This document shows, one piece after another, positions 14,825-24,325 of a DNA stretch of 27,614 bases. The translations under genes were made by a program, and so were the position numbers. A model generated the notes under the pieces. The model was not told the DNA's origin. It saw nothing but the letters and a program-made list of their open reading frames with translations, and ran no database searches. The stretch's first letter is position 1, and every line of letters starts with the position of its first letter. Origin of the DNA: a virus (taxonomy: Duplodnaviria; Caudoviricetes); IMG/VR virus record IMGVR_UViG_3300025673_000014, positions 1 to 27,614 of that record; one strand, written 5' to 3'.

Positions 14825-17625
14825 GTCTAACATCCGTAAAACTAGGCAGGTTAACACTTAATGCCATAAGCAAGTTGAGGGAAGACCCCACCGCAATCTC
14901 TAGGGTTGAAGATGCCTACCAAGGTTATGTCAGACCTGACACTTCTGTGGCTGAGAATCTTGAAAGGTCTGCTAAGAAGTGGGATGCGTTTGGTCCTGCG
15001 TTCACAGACTTGCTGAATAAACAAGTCACTTACTCCAATAAGAAAGGCACAGAAGAAGGTCACGACAAGTGGCTGCACATGAGCGCATCCCAGAAGAAAA
15101 CCTACGGGGATGCAGTCAAGAAGGGGGATATAGGGTCATGGGATTCCCCTTATGTTAACAGGGAAATGTCCCGTATGTTCATGGCAGATGAAGCCAACAA
15201 ATTCACCGCAGGTTTTGATACTGCTGCGATGAAGGCTAGAGTGGCACAAGGCGATGACTTTGACTTATCCAAGTGGTCGCAAAAGTACACTAGCGACTTC
15301 ATGGAGATAAACAACCTAACCGATGTACCACCTGATGCTTTTAATATATTTGGTAGGAGTATAGAAAAGACAATTACTCAAGCCCATCAGAAAGAAGCGG
15401 TTCTACAGGCAACTAAATTTGAAGCGGAGTTTGAGCAGGTGTTTCAAGGCGATATAATGAGCCTAGTGAACAACACAAGCCTGCCACAAGCAGAAATAAG
15501 CCGTCTACTAAAGGATAAATTCAAAAAACATAGCGATTTGGGTTTCGAGAACAAAACAACCCTAGAAAGGATTAAAAAATCCATTGCAGCCCAAGTAATC
15601 CTTTTGACAGAAGATGGGGACAATGACCGTATTGATTCGTTGTTTGACTTAGTGGGCAACCTACCTACGGGCATGAAGAGAAGTAAAGCTAAAGGTGGTG
15701 GTTTCTACACACAGGCAGAAGTCGGTGAGGGTAGACCCTTTAGTGTCTGGAAGGCACTAGTAGAGAAGGAGTCGGCAGATACAGCGTATAACGTCATGAA
15801 GAGAGATGAAGCACTTGAAGTTGCTAGAGTAGGGAAGCAAATAAAAGATTGGAGTTTGGCGTTGAGCACCGTAAGAGCGGAGGGAATCGCTAAAGACGAG
15901 ACTAAATCAGCCTGGACTCAGGACCAATGGCTTCAAACAGAAGAGGGTAAGGCACTCCAGAAGCAGATACTGGCAACCGTAAGTGGTGACGAGAAGATTC
16001 TAGCATTCCAACAAGGGTTGAGAAACACTAGCATAACAGCAGAAGAGTTAGCGACTTACAAAAGTCAGTTCCTTAGTGGGGCTATGGAAGGTCCGGCTAA
16101 CCCAGAAGATATAAAACTGATAATATCGAGATTGGGTGGTGACCTGAGACAAATGGGGGAAATGGCAGAATGGTGGAAGACCATCCAATCCCAAACAGTC
16201 GGACAAGCTATCCCTGAGTTCATAGACGGGGTAGTCGAAAGTATCTCAGGAAAGTCATCCACACATCTAGTTAAACAAAGTGTAAGAGATTCAATAGCAT
16301 ACCATGCCAAAGACACTTACTACGAGAGGGTAGAGGAGATTATGTCTTCTGGAATGGGTGTTACAGAAAAACGAAATGCAATCCAAATAATAAAAGAGGA
16401 CACACAAGCGTCTGTAGATAAACAACTACAGGATGCCCTAGATAATAAGGCTAAGGACTTTAAGTATGCTGAACTTACTCCCGAAGTAACCAATAAAGCC
16501 GATGTGTTCCTTAAGGAGGACGCAGAGAGAGTCAGTGATGTCATGGTGGGGATGAGACACGAAGGTCGCTTTAAGCACTACAATAAGTTAATGAAAGGGG
16601 GACCAGAAACATGGTCAAACTCAGATAGATTGTATATCGACAACTTCCATCTTACTAACAACCCTCAGATTGATTTGGTTTCTGAGGTATACGATATACC
16701 CAAAAATGAGCAGAACTTACCTGAACTCATAATGAGAGCGCAAGTGTTGATGCCGTACCTAAACAGTAAAATCGTAGGTGATTATGGTGTAGATAAGAAG
16801 GTGTACAACCAGAGCGTACAGACTCTTGATAATTACCTTAAGAAGTTGACAGGGGTTGATAACAAGCCAGAAACAGGCACTAAAGAATCAAATGTAAAGG
16901 TAGTACCACCTAAACCACCTTATGCTGAACCTAAGTCTTCCACTGATGTAATAGATGAAGAATCCACCGAAAAGGTAAATATAGGAGGAGACAGTCTAGC
17001 CACTAAGGTAATAGACGGGGTAACGAATGCTGTGGTGGGTAAGGAAGCTAACGCATCTCAAACAGGAACACTAACCAAGCGAATTTCTGATGGGGCAACC
17101 AAGTGGATGTCAGATAACTACAATGGTTCTAACCAGAAAGAACGGGCGAAGTGGAGAAGTTTATTCAATGAAAGGGTGGAGCAATACTTAACTGGTACTC
17201 ACCCAGAAATAGACTCCGCAAGGGAGCATGTGGCTGAGATGTCAGACACTATCTTTGAGTCGGGTAAAGCTGTATTTGGAAAAGAACTAGCCAATAACCA
17301 GATTGAAGTCAGGGATGTGGAGCAACACCTCATAGGAATCTACGGGGCTGAGACTAACTTTGGGGTACACCCAGATAAGGTAAGTCCTACAGGCGCACTA
17401 GGGGAGATGCAAATCATGCCGAGTACATTTAGAAGTTTGGTAAAAGGTGGAGTTCTAGGCAAGAATTACGCTAAAGCTATAGGGGTATCTAATTTGAAAT
17501 CTCTGAGTTCCGAGAAGATTAAAGACCTGCTACTTAATAACCCGAAAGCCAACTACTTAGCGGCTATGGGTAAATACCTAAACAGAATCAAACATCATAA
17601 TATAAAAGGAGGGCTAGATGGCTAA
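14821..17625 (+). CDS. Internal virion protein, gp15-like, with C-terminal lytic transglycosylase-like domain
   Basis: Synteny and helical composition. C-terminal IYGAETNFG...VSPTGALGEMQIMPSTF...NPKANY matches SLT motifs I and II. Confidence 0.75.
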   Translation: MSLTSVKLGRLTLNAISKLREDPTAISRVEDAYQGYVRPDTSVAENLERSAKKWDAFGPAFTDLLNKQVTYSNKKGTEEGHDKWLHMSASQKKTYGDAVKKGDIGSWDSPYVNREMSRMFMADEANKFTAGFDTAAMKARVAQGDDFDLSKWSQKYTSDFMEINNLTDVPPDAFNIFGRSIEKTITQAHQKEAVLQATKFEAEFEQVFQGDIMSLVNNTSLPQAEISRLLKDKFKKHSDLGFENKTTLERIKKSIAAQVILLTEDGDNDRIDSLFDLVGNLPTGMKRSKAKGGGFYTQAEVGEGRPFSVWKALVEKESADTAYNVMKRDEALEVARVGKQIKDWSLALSTVRAEGIAKDETKSAWTQDQWLQTEEGKALQKQILATVSGDEKILAFQQGLRNTSITAEELATYKSQFLSGAMEGPANPEDIKLIISRLGGDLRQMGEMAEWWKTIQSQTVGQAIPEFIDGVVESISGKSSTHLVKQSVRDSIAYHAKDTYYERVEEIMSSGMGVTEKRNAIQIIKEDTQASVDKQLQDALDNKAKDFKYAELTPEVTNKADVFLKEDAERVSDVMVGMRHEGRFKHYNKLMKGGPETWSNSDRLYIDNFHLTNNPQIDLVSEVYDIPKNEQNLPELIMRAQVLMPYLNSKIVGDYGVDKKVYNQSVQTLDNYLKKLTGVDNKPETGTKESNVKVVPPKPPYAEPKSSTDVIDEESTEKVNIGGDSLATKVIDGVTNAVVGKEANASQTGTLTKRISDGATKWMSDNYNGSNQKERAKWRSLFNERVEQYLTGTHPEIDSAREHVAEMSDTIFESGKAVFGKELANNQIEVRDVEQHLIGIYGAETNFGVHPDKVSPTGALGEMQIMPSTFRSLVKGGVLGKNYAKAIGVSNLKSLSSEKIKDLLLNNPKANYLAAMGKYLNRIKHHNIKGGLDG

Positions 17626-19498
17626 CGAGGAGATGACTGATGAACTTAGAGCATCAGCTTTTAAATCGTATACGCCTGCACATATCGCATTGGAACAACA
17701 ACTAGCCGATGATACAGGACTACTAGGAACAGTAGGAGATGTAGGTGCAGGTATTATGCACGGAGTTACCGATGCTGTGGATGAGACTCTGCAAATGGGT
17801 ATTAGTGCAGTAGATTACGGTATAGAGAAAATAACAGGTACAGAAGGGTTTGACGATGCGTCCTATGAGGGAGAAATCTTCTCTAGGATTGCCCCTAGAC
17901 CCGTGACTGCTACAGGTAAGTTTGTAGAGGAAGTTGTCCAGTTCGGTGCAGGCATGATTGGGGCAGGTAAGTTCCGCATGCTTGCCAAGAAAGGACTGCA
18001 AGAACAAGGCAAAAAGAATGCGTTTGGTTTGAGCGAAAAAACCAATAGGTTTATTGGTACACATGCTAATAAGTTGGACCATACCAAAGCAGGGTGGGGT
18101 AAACGTACAGCATTAGGTACGGTAGACTCCGCAGTAGCATCCTTTACAGTACAAGACCCCTATGAAACTACCTTAGCGGAGTTCTTAGAAACCAAACCAG
18201 AGTTCAAAGGGGTATACACAGATTGGCTTGCTAATAAGGTAGATGACTCTGAGTTTGAGAGAAGGCTAAGGAACTTAGGAGAAGACTTAACTTTCTCTGC
18301 GGCTTTCGCAGCGTTTGCTAAAGCATACAGAGGTATAAAAGGCACAGAAGGATTTAGCTTTGAGAAAGACTTTAAGGGCTACAAAGAAGTATTAGTACAC
18401 AAAGAAGACAAAGATGCGTTTGGTAACTTTGTTGACCAGTTAGACCAGAAGGTTGTTCCTAAAGTTACTGCTGTTGTTGAAGCACAACGAGCAGGGGTAA
18501 GTACCAAAGAGTACCTCAAGAGTTTGTCCGATGAGGAAGTCCTCAATTTAGCAGAAGGGTTGGGTAAACAGGTTGATGCAGCCCCACCACCCCCTGCATC
18601 TAAGCCTGCCCCTGCATCTAAGCCTGCCCCTGTAGAGACTTACAAGCCCCCCACAGATGAAGAACTGGCAACTGCAACAGTACATGCCGGGACTAAGATG
18701 TCTAGGGGCGAGAGGAAGAAACTCGAAGCTGAAATAGTAGAGTTAGAGTATAAGAAGTCTCAGTTTGAAAAAAATGCAGGGGTTATAGACCCATCCACTC
18801 CTCTACCTAAACAGGGAGGAAAACAGTCTCGGAAGAATGCACAAAGACAGGCTAATAATGCAGTAAGAAAGGCTAAGGTTGCGACACAAAAAACCATAGA
18901 CGAGTTGGATGTGTCGCTAAACAACTTGAAGAAGATGGTGGCAGATGATGACGCAGCCAAAGAGTCTGCTGCTATTCTGAGCAGGCATGAGCAGAACCTC
19001 AAAAATCCTAAATCGGCTGACCCTGTACCACAGGCAGCCCCTACCCCACCTCCAGTAGCCCCTACCCCACCTCCAGTAGCCCCCACTAGTTACAATAAGA
19101 TGGGCAAAACTCTACAGTACCTTAAGTCTCTTCTAAAGGATGGGCAGGCTAAGGGGTCTGAAGAGGAGGTCAAAGCAATTAAAGCTAAGGTAGCCGAAGC
19201 ATTAGACAAGATGAGGGGCGAGATAGCTGATGACTTAGATGCTAACGTCAGGGACTTGCTAAAGCCTATAGAGGATGTATTTGAAAGGCTTAAGACAGTC
19301 AATGAAAAGGATGTTGATGACGCATTCGACATTGTTAGCCATCTTAAAGGTGCAGATGAAACGGTAAGTAAATCAGCCAAGTCTAAGGAGGAAAAACTCA
19401 CACAACAAAAAGAAGACATAGTGGAAAAGATGAAAGAAGTAGCAGGTGAGGAGAAGGCTTGGAAAGATTTTGAAACTTGTATGATGGGGGAAAAGTAG
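17618..19498 (+). CDS. Internal virion protein, gp16-like N-terminal part
   Basis: Gly-rich amphipathic N-terminus (GDVGAGIMHGV, VVQFGAGM), DPYETTL...FERRLRNLGED, Pro-rich linkers and coiled coil. AGGAGG SD; synteny. Confidence 0.65.
   Translation: MANEEMTDELRASAFKSYTPAHIALEQQLADDTGLLGTVGDVGAGIMHGVTDAVDETLQMGISAVDYGIEKITGTEGFDDASYEGEIFSRIAPRPVTATGKFVEEVVQFGAGMIGAGKFRMLAKKGLQEQGKKNAFGLSEKTNRFIGTHANKLDHTKAGWGKRTALGTVDSAVASFTVQDPYETTLAEFLETKPEFKGVYTDWLANKVDDSEFERRLRNLGEDLTFSAAFAAFAKAYRGIKGTEGFSFEKDFKGYKEVLVHKEDKDAFGNFVDQLDQKVVPKVTAVVEAQRAGVSTKEYLKSLSDEEVLNLAEGLGKQVDAAPPPPASKPAPASKPAPVETYKPPTDEELATATVHAGTKMSRGERKKLEAEIVELEYKKSQFEKNAGVIDPSTPLPKQGGKQSRKNAQRQANNAVRKAKVATQKTIDELDVSLNNLKKMVADDDAAKESAAILSRHEQNLKNPKSADPVPQAAPTPPPVAPTPPPVAPTSYNKMGKTLQYLKSLLKDGQAKGSEEEVKAIKAKVAEALDKMRGEIADDLDANVRDLLKPIEDVFERLKTVNEKDVDDAFDIVSHLKGADETVSKSAKSKEEKLTQQKEDIVEKMKEVAGEEKAWKDFETCMMGEK
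18591..18632 (+). repeat. 18-nt tandem repeat (2 copies + partial) encoding PASKPA
   Basis: CCCCTGCATCTAAGCCTG x2 followed by CCCCTG; exact at DNA level. Confidence 0.9.
19036..19083 (+). repeat. 21-nt tandem repeat (2 copies + partial) encoding APTPPPV
   Basis: AGCCCCTACCCCACCTCCAGT x2 followed by AGCCCC; exact at DNA level. Confidence 0.9.
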
Positions 19499-22384
19499 AT
19501 GGCAAATAAATGTACGCTGTCCCTAACCCCTGCACAGCTAAAGCAGTTCAAAGCACTTAGCAAGCAGTACGATGGGGACACTCCAAAAGTTATGGAGGAA
19601 ATCAGACGAGGGCTTGCTGAGAAGCGTAAGGCTGCGACACAAGGCGCAGAACCTACAGGCAAACCTACACAGCAGAAGACCACAGCAGAAGACCCATTTC
19701 CAAAGGAAGCATTGGACAAGGTTGTTAAGCAGTTAGAGGAAATTGAAATCCCTGCTAACGGTAGCATGGGGGCTATTTATCGGCAGATTATCACCAAGGC
19801 TACACGGGGGCTATCCTCTAAGTATTGGCACAACAATGCTGATGATAAAATGGCAATTGAGTATATCCAACAGACCGTAATGAACCCCATCATCAGGGAG
19901 ATTCGGAAGGGAAAGGGAACTTTAGTAAAGAACTTTGAGCAATGGCACAAAGAGACTCAAGAAGAGTACGCCAGAACCTTAGAGATTGACTCAGATGAAC
20001 TAGCCAAGACCTTAGAGTCTCATACAGGTGACATGTATGATGCCCAGACTAGGCTTATGGCTTTTGAGATACGGTTAGCAGATATGTACGCTGACTTACT
20101 TAAGATAAGGAATGACCCTCTAAGGGCAGTAGATGCTGCCAACAAAAGAATCAAAGAAGAACTAGATGTTAAATACATCCTTCTGAGTGAGAAGATAGCT
20201 AAACACACCCAAGCGGCTTATGGGCTTGAAACAGCGAAAGGTCGTATCTTAGGGGCAGGTCGTATAGACCTTAAGAAAACCAAAGATATGACTTCTTCCG
20301 AGATTAAGAATGTCCTAGATTCGGCAGGTAATGGTAGATTCTTCAACACTACAGAAGACCGCTTAAAGATGCTAGATGATGCCTTGGATGCTGCCGAGAA
20401 GAGTGGTTCAAGACAGATGGGTCTTAAAGCAGTTAAGGGATTCCAACGCTATTCTGGTGCTGACAAGTTCATGGCTAGTATGACGGAAGCGTGGAGAGGG
20501 ATGCTCTTAACAAGCAACTCTACAGGTTCCATTAACGCTCTGTCTGGAATCATAGAAACATTCGTAGTACCTGCGGAAAGACTCATTGGGTCTTCCCCTT
20601 TAAACTATAAGAACATTAAGAAGGAAGGAGGGGGTTACGCATGGGACCCACAGGCTAAAGAAGCATTCGACCAGACTTGGTTGCACCTACGTTACATCAA
20701 ACAGGGTGTGCATCAAGGTCTAAAGGCTTTCAGTTACGCTTTTGCCCATGAGAGACAGTCATTAGACCCGTTCCACGGTGCAATGATTGAAACACCGGGC
20801 AGAGGAATGGCAGAAGCAACACATGCAGAATTGGATGCAGTATCACCTTTTCAGCTAACTTCAGGTAACTGGAACTTAGACCCCAAGTCACTACTGGGTA
20901 AGGTAATGGATGTGGGTGGTAAGGGCTTTAGAATGTCCTTTAGATACTTAGGCGCACAGGATGATTTACTTAAGCATACAACCTACTTTGCGAGTCTAAA
21001 ATCTAAATATCATACAGATGCACTCAGAGGTTTAAACAACGGTCAACTCCAAGCAGACCAAGTTGACGATTGGATTGATGCTCAAATGAAGGGGCATTTC
21101 CAAGAGGATGGAATCACTCCGAAGATGGGAGCAGATGGTAACATCGCCTATGACCAAGCGGCACTTGAGATGGCTCAAGATATTACTCATACCAAACCTG
21201 CATGGGATGGCACAATCGTTAAAGACTTGCAGCAAGCGGTCAATAACAACCCTTCCTTAGGTATCTTCCTACCGTTCATCAGGACACCCTCAGACTTAAT
21301 CAATAAAACCTACCAGAGAACCCCTTTGATTGGACGTTTGAGTAAACGGTTACAACAGGATTTAAAGAGTCCTGACCCTATGCTACGAGCGCAAGCCCAA
21401 GGGAGACAGATGGTTGGAACTATGGTGGTCTTTGCAGGTGTTCTAGCAGCATACGAAGGCAGACTAACAGGTAGTGGTCCCGATGACCCTAGACTGAACA
21501 GAGTTTGGAGTATGACACACCAAAAGAACTCTATTCAAGTTGATGGTAAATGGGTATCAATAAACAAGTTAGACCCTATTGGTACACAGCTATTAATGAT
21601 TGCTAATGGTGCGGAAGCATTTAAGAACTCAGCAACCACCAAAGGAAACGATGGTTGGGATGTTGTACAAGCAATGGTTCTAGCGGTCACAGCTACAATT
21701 GGAGATAAGTCTACACTCAAAGGAGTCATTAACATGGCTACCTTGTTCTCTAATGAGATTATAGGTAAAGAAGAGAAGACAGAGAACATCCTAGAAGACC
21801 ATATAGCGTCTTGGATTCCTTCTATCCTTACACAGGTTAGTGGGGCTTTCTCAGACGATAATGCTGTCAAAGAAGCGTCAGGATTGATTGCCAAGATACA
21901 ACGGAAATCTCCGTGGCATCAAGGTGACCTACCCGATAGATACAACTTCATCACAGGAAAGAAAGAAGAGAACCCTGCTTATATGGCATGGGGGTTATCA
22001 ACTAAAGAGTTCCAGAGTGACCCTGTAATGGAGGAGTTAGCAAACTTAAATCATGGATTTAGTGGACCCACTAGGAGTATCGGAGGTGCGGATATTACTG
22101 ATGCACAATTCTCTGAGTGGAGTCAATTAATGGGTACGACCATTCTTAATGGCAAGACGTTGAAACAGGAACTTAAAGCAACTATGGGAAGTAGGCAATA
22201 TGACTATGACCCCGATAGAACTTACTTTAGGGATTCCGAAGGAGATGATGTCATACAGGTTCAAATGGTGAGGGCAATCATGAGGAAATACAAAGCGGCA
22301 GCTAAGAAGCGGCTATTACTAAACAACCCGGATATTGCCCCACAGGATAACAGACAGGCATTCATCGAGTTACTTGGAGGATAA
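19499..22384 (+). CDS. Internal virion protein, gp16-like C-terminal part
   Basis: EAWRGMLLT...INALS, RYLGAQDDLLK, FLPFIRTP, GRLTGSGP and WVSINKLDPIG are motifs I recognise from large internal virion proteins of environmental T7-like phages. Directly precedes the tail fibre. Confidence 0.75.
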   Translation: MANKCTLSLTPAQLKQFKALSKQYDGDTPKVMEEIRRGLAEKRKAATQGAEPTGKPTQQKTTAEDPFPKEALDKVVKQLEEIEIPANGSMGAIYRQIITKATRGLSSKYWHNNADDKMAIEYIQQTVMNPIIREIRKGKGTLVKNFEQWHKETQEEYARTLEIDSDELAKTLESHTGDMYDAQTRLMAFEIRLADMYADLLKIRNDPLRAVDAANKRIKEELDVKYILLSEKIAKHTQAAYGLETAKGRILGAGRIDLKKTKDMTSSEIKNVLDSAGNGRFFNTTEDRLKMLDDALDAAEKSGSRQMGLKAVKGFQRYSGADKFMASMTEAWRGMLLTSNSTGSINALSGIIETFVVPAERLIGSSPLNYKNIKKEGGGYAWDPQAKEAFDQTWLHLRYIKQGVHQGLKAFSYAFAHERQSLDPFHGAMIETPGRGMAEATHAELDAVSPFQLTSGNWNLDPKSLLGKVMDVGGKGFRMSFRYLGAQDDLLKHTTYFASLKSKYHTDALRGLNNGQLQADQVDDWIDAQMKGHFQEDGITPKMGADGNIAYDQAALEMAQDITHTKPAWDGTIVKDLQQAVNNNPSLGIFLPFIRTPSDLINKTYQRTPLIGRLSKRLQQDLKSPDPMLRAQAQGRQMVGTMVVFAGVLAAYEGRLTGSGPDDPRLNRVWSMTHQKNSIQVDGKWVSINKLDPIGTQLLMIANGAEAFKNSATTKGNDGWDVVQAMVLAVTATIGDKSTLKGVINMATLFSNEIIGKEEKTENILEDHIASWIPSILTQVSGAFSDDNAVKEASGLIAKIQRKSPWHQGDLPDRYNFITGKKEENPAYMAWGLSTKEFQSDPVMEELANLNHGFSGPTRSIGGADITDAQFSEWSQLMGTTILNGKTLKQELKATMGSRQYDYDPDRTYFRDSEGDDVIQVQMVRAIMRKYKAAAKKRLLLNNPDIAPQDNRQAFIELLGG

Positions 22385-23782
22385 ATGAGTACGACATTCA
22401 TAGAAACGGTGGTCCAGGGAAATACCCAATCGGACTTCTCCGTTCCCTTCACCTATATCACCGAAAGTGATGTAAAGGTGTATGTGGACGGAGAAATACA
22501 AACAGGCTACACATTCACCAATGGTAGTCTAATCACATTCACAACCCCACCTACAGATGGCTCAACAGTCCTCATTAGAAGGGAGACAGATGCAACAACC
22601 AAAGCAGTAGATTTCCAATCGGGAGCAATGCTCACAGAGAGCGATTTGGATACAGCGTTTGACCAAGTGTTTAATCTCGCTCAAGAGACTAAAGATGTCG
22701 CTCTGCAAGACTTTAGAGGGGCGAAAGAAGCCTTTGAAGCGGTGGGTGAATACCTAACTGAAATTAACACGGTAGCTGATGACTTAGGGCATGGGGCAAT
22801 TACGCACATTGACTTTGGTGATTTGACAAGCACGACAGCGACACCCTCAAGCGACTCTGTAATTTATAATGTCTATACAAGCCTTAGCGACATTACGGCA
22901 ATCAACGATAACGAAACCAACCTTAATGCTGTAGCAGAAATAAGTGAGGATGTGACCGTAGTTGCAGGACTTGCCGATGAGATTGGGGTAATTGGTACCG
23001 CAGAGACTATGGCATTAATAACGTCTGCTGCTGACCCTGCTAGTCTCGCAACTATGGCAACCGCAAAGGTTATCGTCGACAGTAACGTACTCCAAATAGT
23101 CACGGATAACCTAGCTGATTTACAGGCAGCAGGGGATTACGCATTAGCAGCAGCAGCCAATGCAAATGATGTAGCTATTGATGCCGCAGCAGCTTTAGTG
23201 AATCAACAAACGGCAACATCAAAAGCAAATGAAGCTGTAGCTTCAGCGACTGCTGCATCAACTAGCGCAAATGCAGCGAGTACGGCAGAAGGCGTTGCGA
23301 CAGCGCAAGCACTACTAGCTACTACGAAAGCAGATGAAGCGGCAGCAAGTGCGCTACTTATAGACCCAGAGACATTGGCAGCCTTAGCTAATCAAAGTAA
23401 CTATGGTTCCGCTCCTTTAGACGCTACTACTTATATGACCGTTAAGGGTACGGAACTACTCCCTACGGGCTTTACCATTACTGACACTTGGGAAGTAAAA
23501 AGCGGTACGGAATTGGTGGTGTTAGAACTTTCAACTATAGCAAGCACAGGAGAACAATTCAGTGAGTCAACAACAGTCGATAACCATGTATTTCAAGGGA
23601 TTTTAAACATAATGAGTGAAGCAGTAATAACCATAAACGATACATTACAAGGTTTTGGAGATAGTACGCAAGCTGTGGAAGCAGGAGGAGCAGCAGCAGC
23701 AGGTCTAAGCATTGATGATGTTAATTCTGCAATAGCGGCTGTTGTGCTTCCAAGACATTACTTTGGGGGGTTAGGAGCATGA
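22385..23782 (+). CDS. Tail fibre / adaptor with T7 gp17 N-terminal anchor domain
   Basis: FSVPFTYITESDVKVYVDG...VLIRRET...VDFQSGAMLTESDLD...AQE (gp17 N-terminus), then INTVA-type repeats and an Ala-rich shaft. GGAGG SD. Confidence 0.9.
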   Translation: MSTTFIETVVQGNTQSDFSVPFTYITESDVKVYVDGEIQTGYTFTNGSLITFTTPPTDGSTVLIRRETDATTKAVDFQSGAMLTESDLDTAFDQVFNLAQETKDVALQDFRGAKEAFEAVGEYLTEINTVADDLGHGAITHIDFGDLTSTTATPSSDSVIYNVYTSLSDITAINDNETNLNAVAEISEDVTVVAGLADEIGVIGTAETMALITSAADPASLATMATAKVIVDSNVLQIVTDNLADLQAAGDYALAAAANANDVAIDAAAALVNQQTATSKANEAVASATAASTSANAASTAEGVATAQALLATTKADEAAASALLIDPETLAALANQSNYGSAPLDATTYMTVKGTELLPTGFTITDTWEVKSGTELVVLELSTIASTGEQFSESTTVDNHVFQGILNIMSEAVITINDTLQGFGDSTQAVEAGGAAAAGLSIDDVNSAIAAVVLPRHYFGGLGA

Positions 23783-24303
23783 CAACGATAGCAGTAATAA
23801 AAGGGTATGAATACTCTAGCAGTTCAAATATTGGATACTCCTCTGCGGCAGACTTTTGGACTTGTCCTACGGGCAAGATAGCAAAAGTCATTTTGAGTAG
23901 CGTGAGTCACGGAATAAATAGAAGTCAGGGTGCAAGTTATGTCGGCACTTCTGCGGTCTGGGTCAATGAGGGTACTACTGGTGACCGAGCGCATCGGACA
24001 TACCTCTCTGCCCTGACATTGCCTAGCGGTTCGAGGACTGTTCAAGCAGGTCTGGAAAATCCATCGGGTTATTCAGGTCATGGCAACACAGCACAGGTAG
24101 AAACCTATTTCCCTTCTTGGCTGCCGATGTTTGAGAATGGGTGGCAAGGTTCTCCTGTTAGTCACGGTACACAATATTCAGGTGCATGGATGCCTGAAAT
24201 AATCATGACTGAGGGTGAGAAAATAACAGGACAGGCATACTACCAATCAGGGCAACACTGGCTTAGTATTCGTGGCTTGGCATACTTAGAAGATATTAGT
24301 TAA
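23779..24303 (+). CDS. Hypothetical tail-associated beta-rich protein
   Basis: ATGA-coupled to the tail fibre, AGGAG SD; WTCPTGKIAKV...IIMTEGEKI pattern; Ser/Gly/aromatic rich. Confidence 0.65.
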   Translation: MTTIAVIKGYEYSSSSNIGYSSAADFWTCPTGKIAKVILSSVSHGINRSQGASYVGTSAVWVNEGTTGDRAHRTYLSALTLPSGSRTVQAGLENPSGYSGHGNTAQVETYFPSWLPMFENGWQGSPVSHGTQYSGAWMPEIIMTEGEKITGQAYYQSGQHWLSIRGLAYLEDIS

Positions 24304-24325
24304 TTAATTAAAGGAAAGATGAATA

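Noticed and set aside
22382-22387. Read-through fusion of the gp16-like ORF to the tail fibre (TAA-ATG in frame)
   Set aside because: The stop is TAA, the downstream gene has a strong GGAGG SD and a canonical gp17 N-terminus; this is ordinary tight packing.
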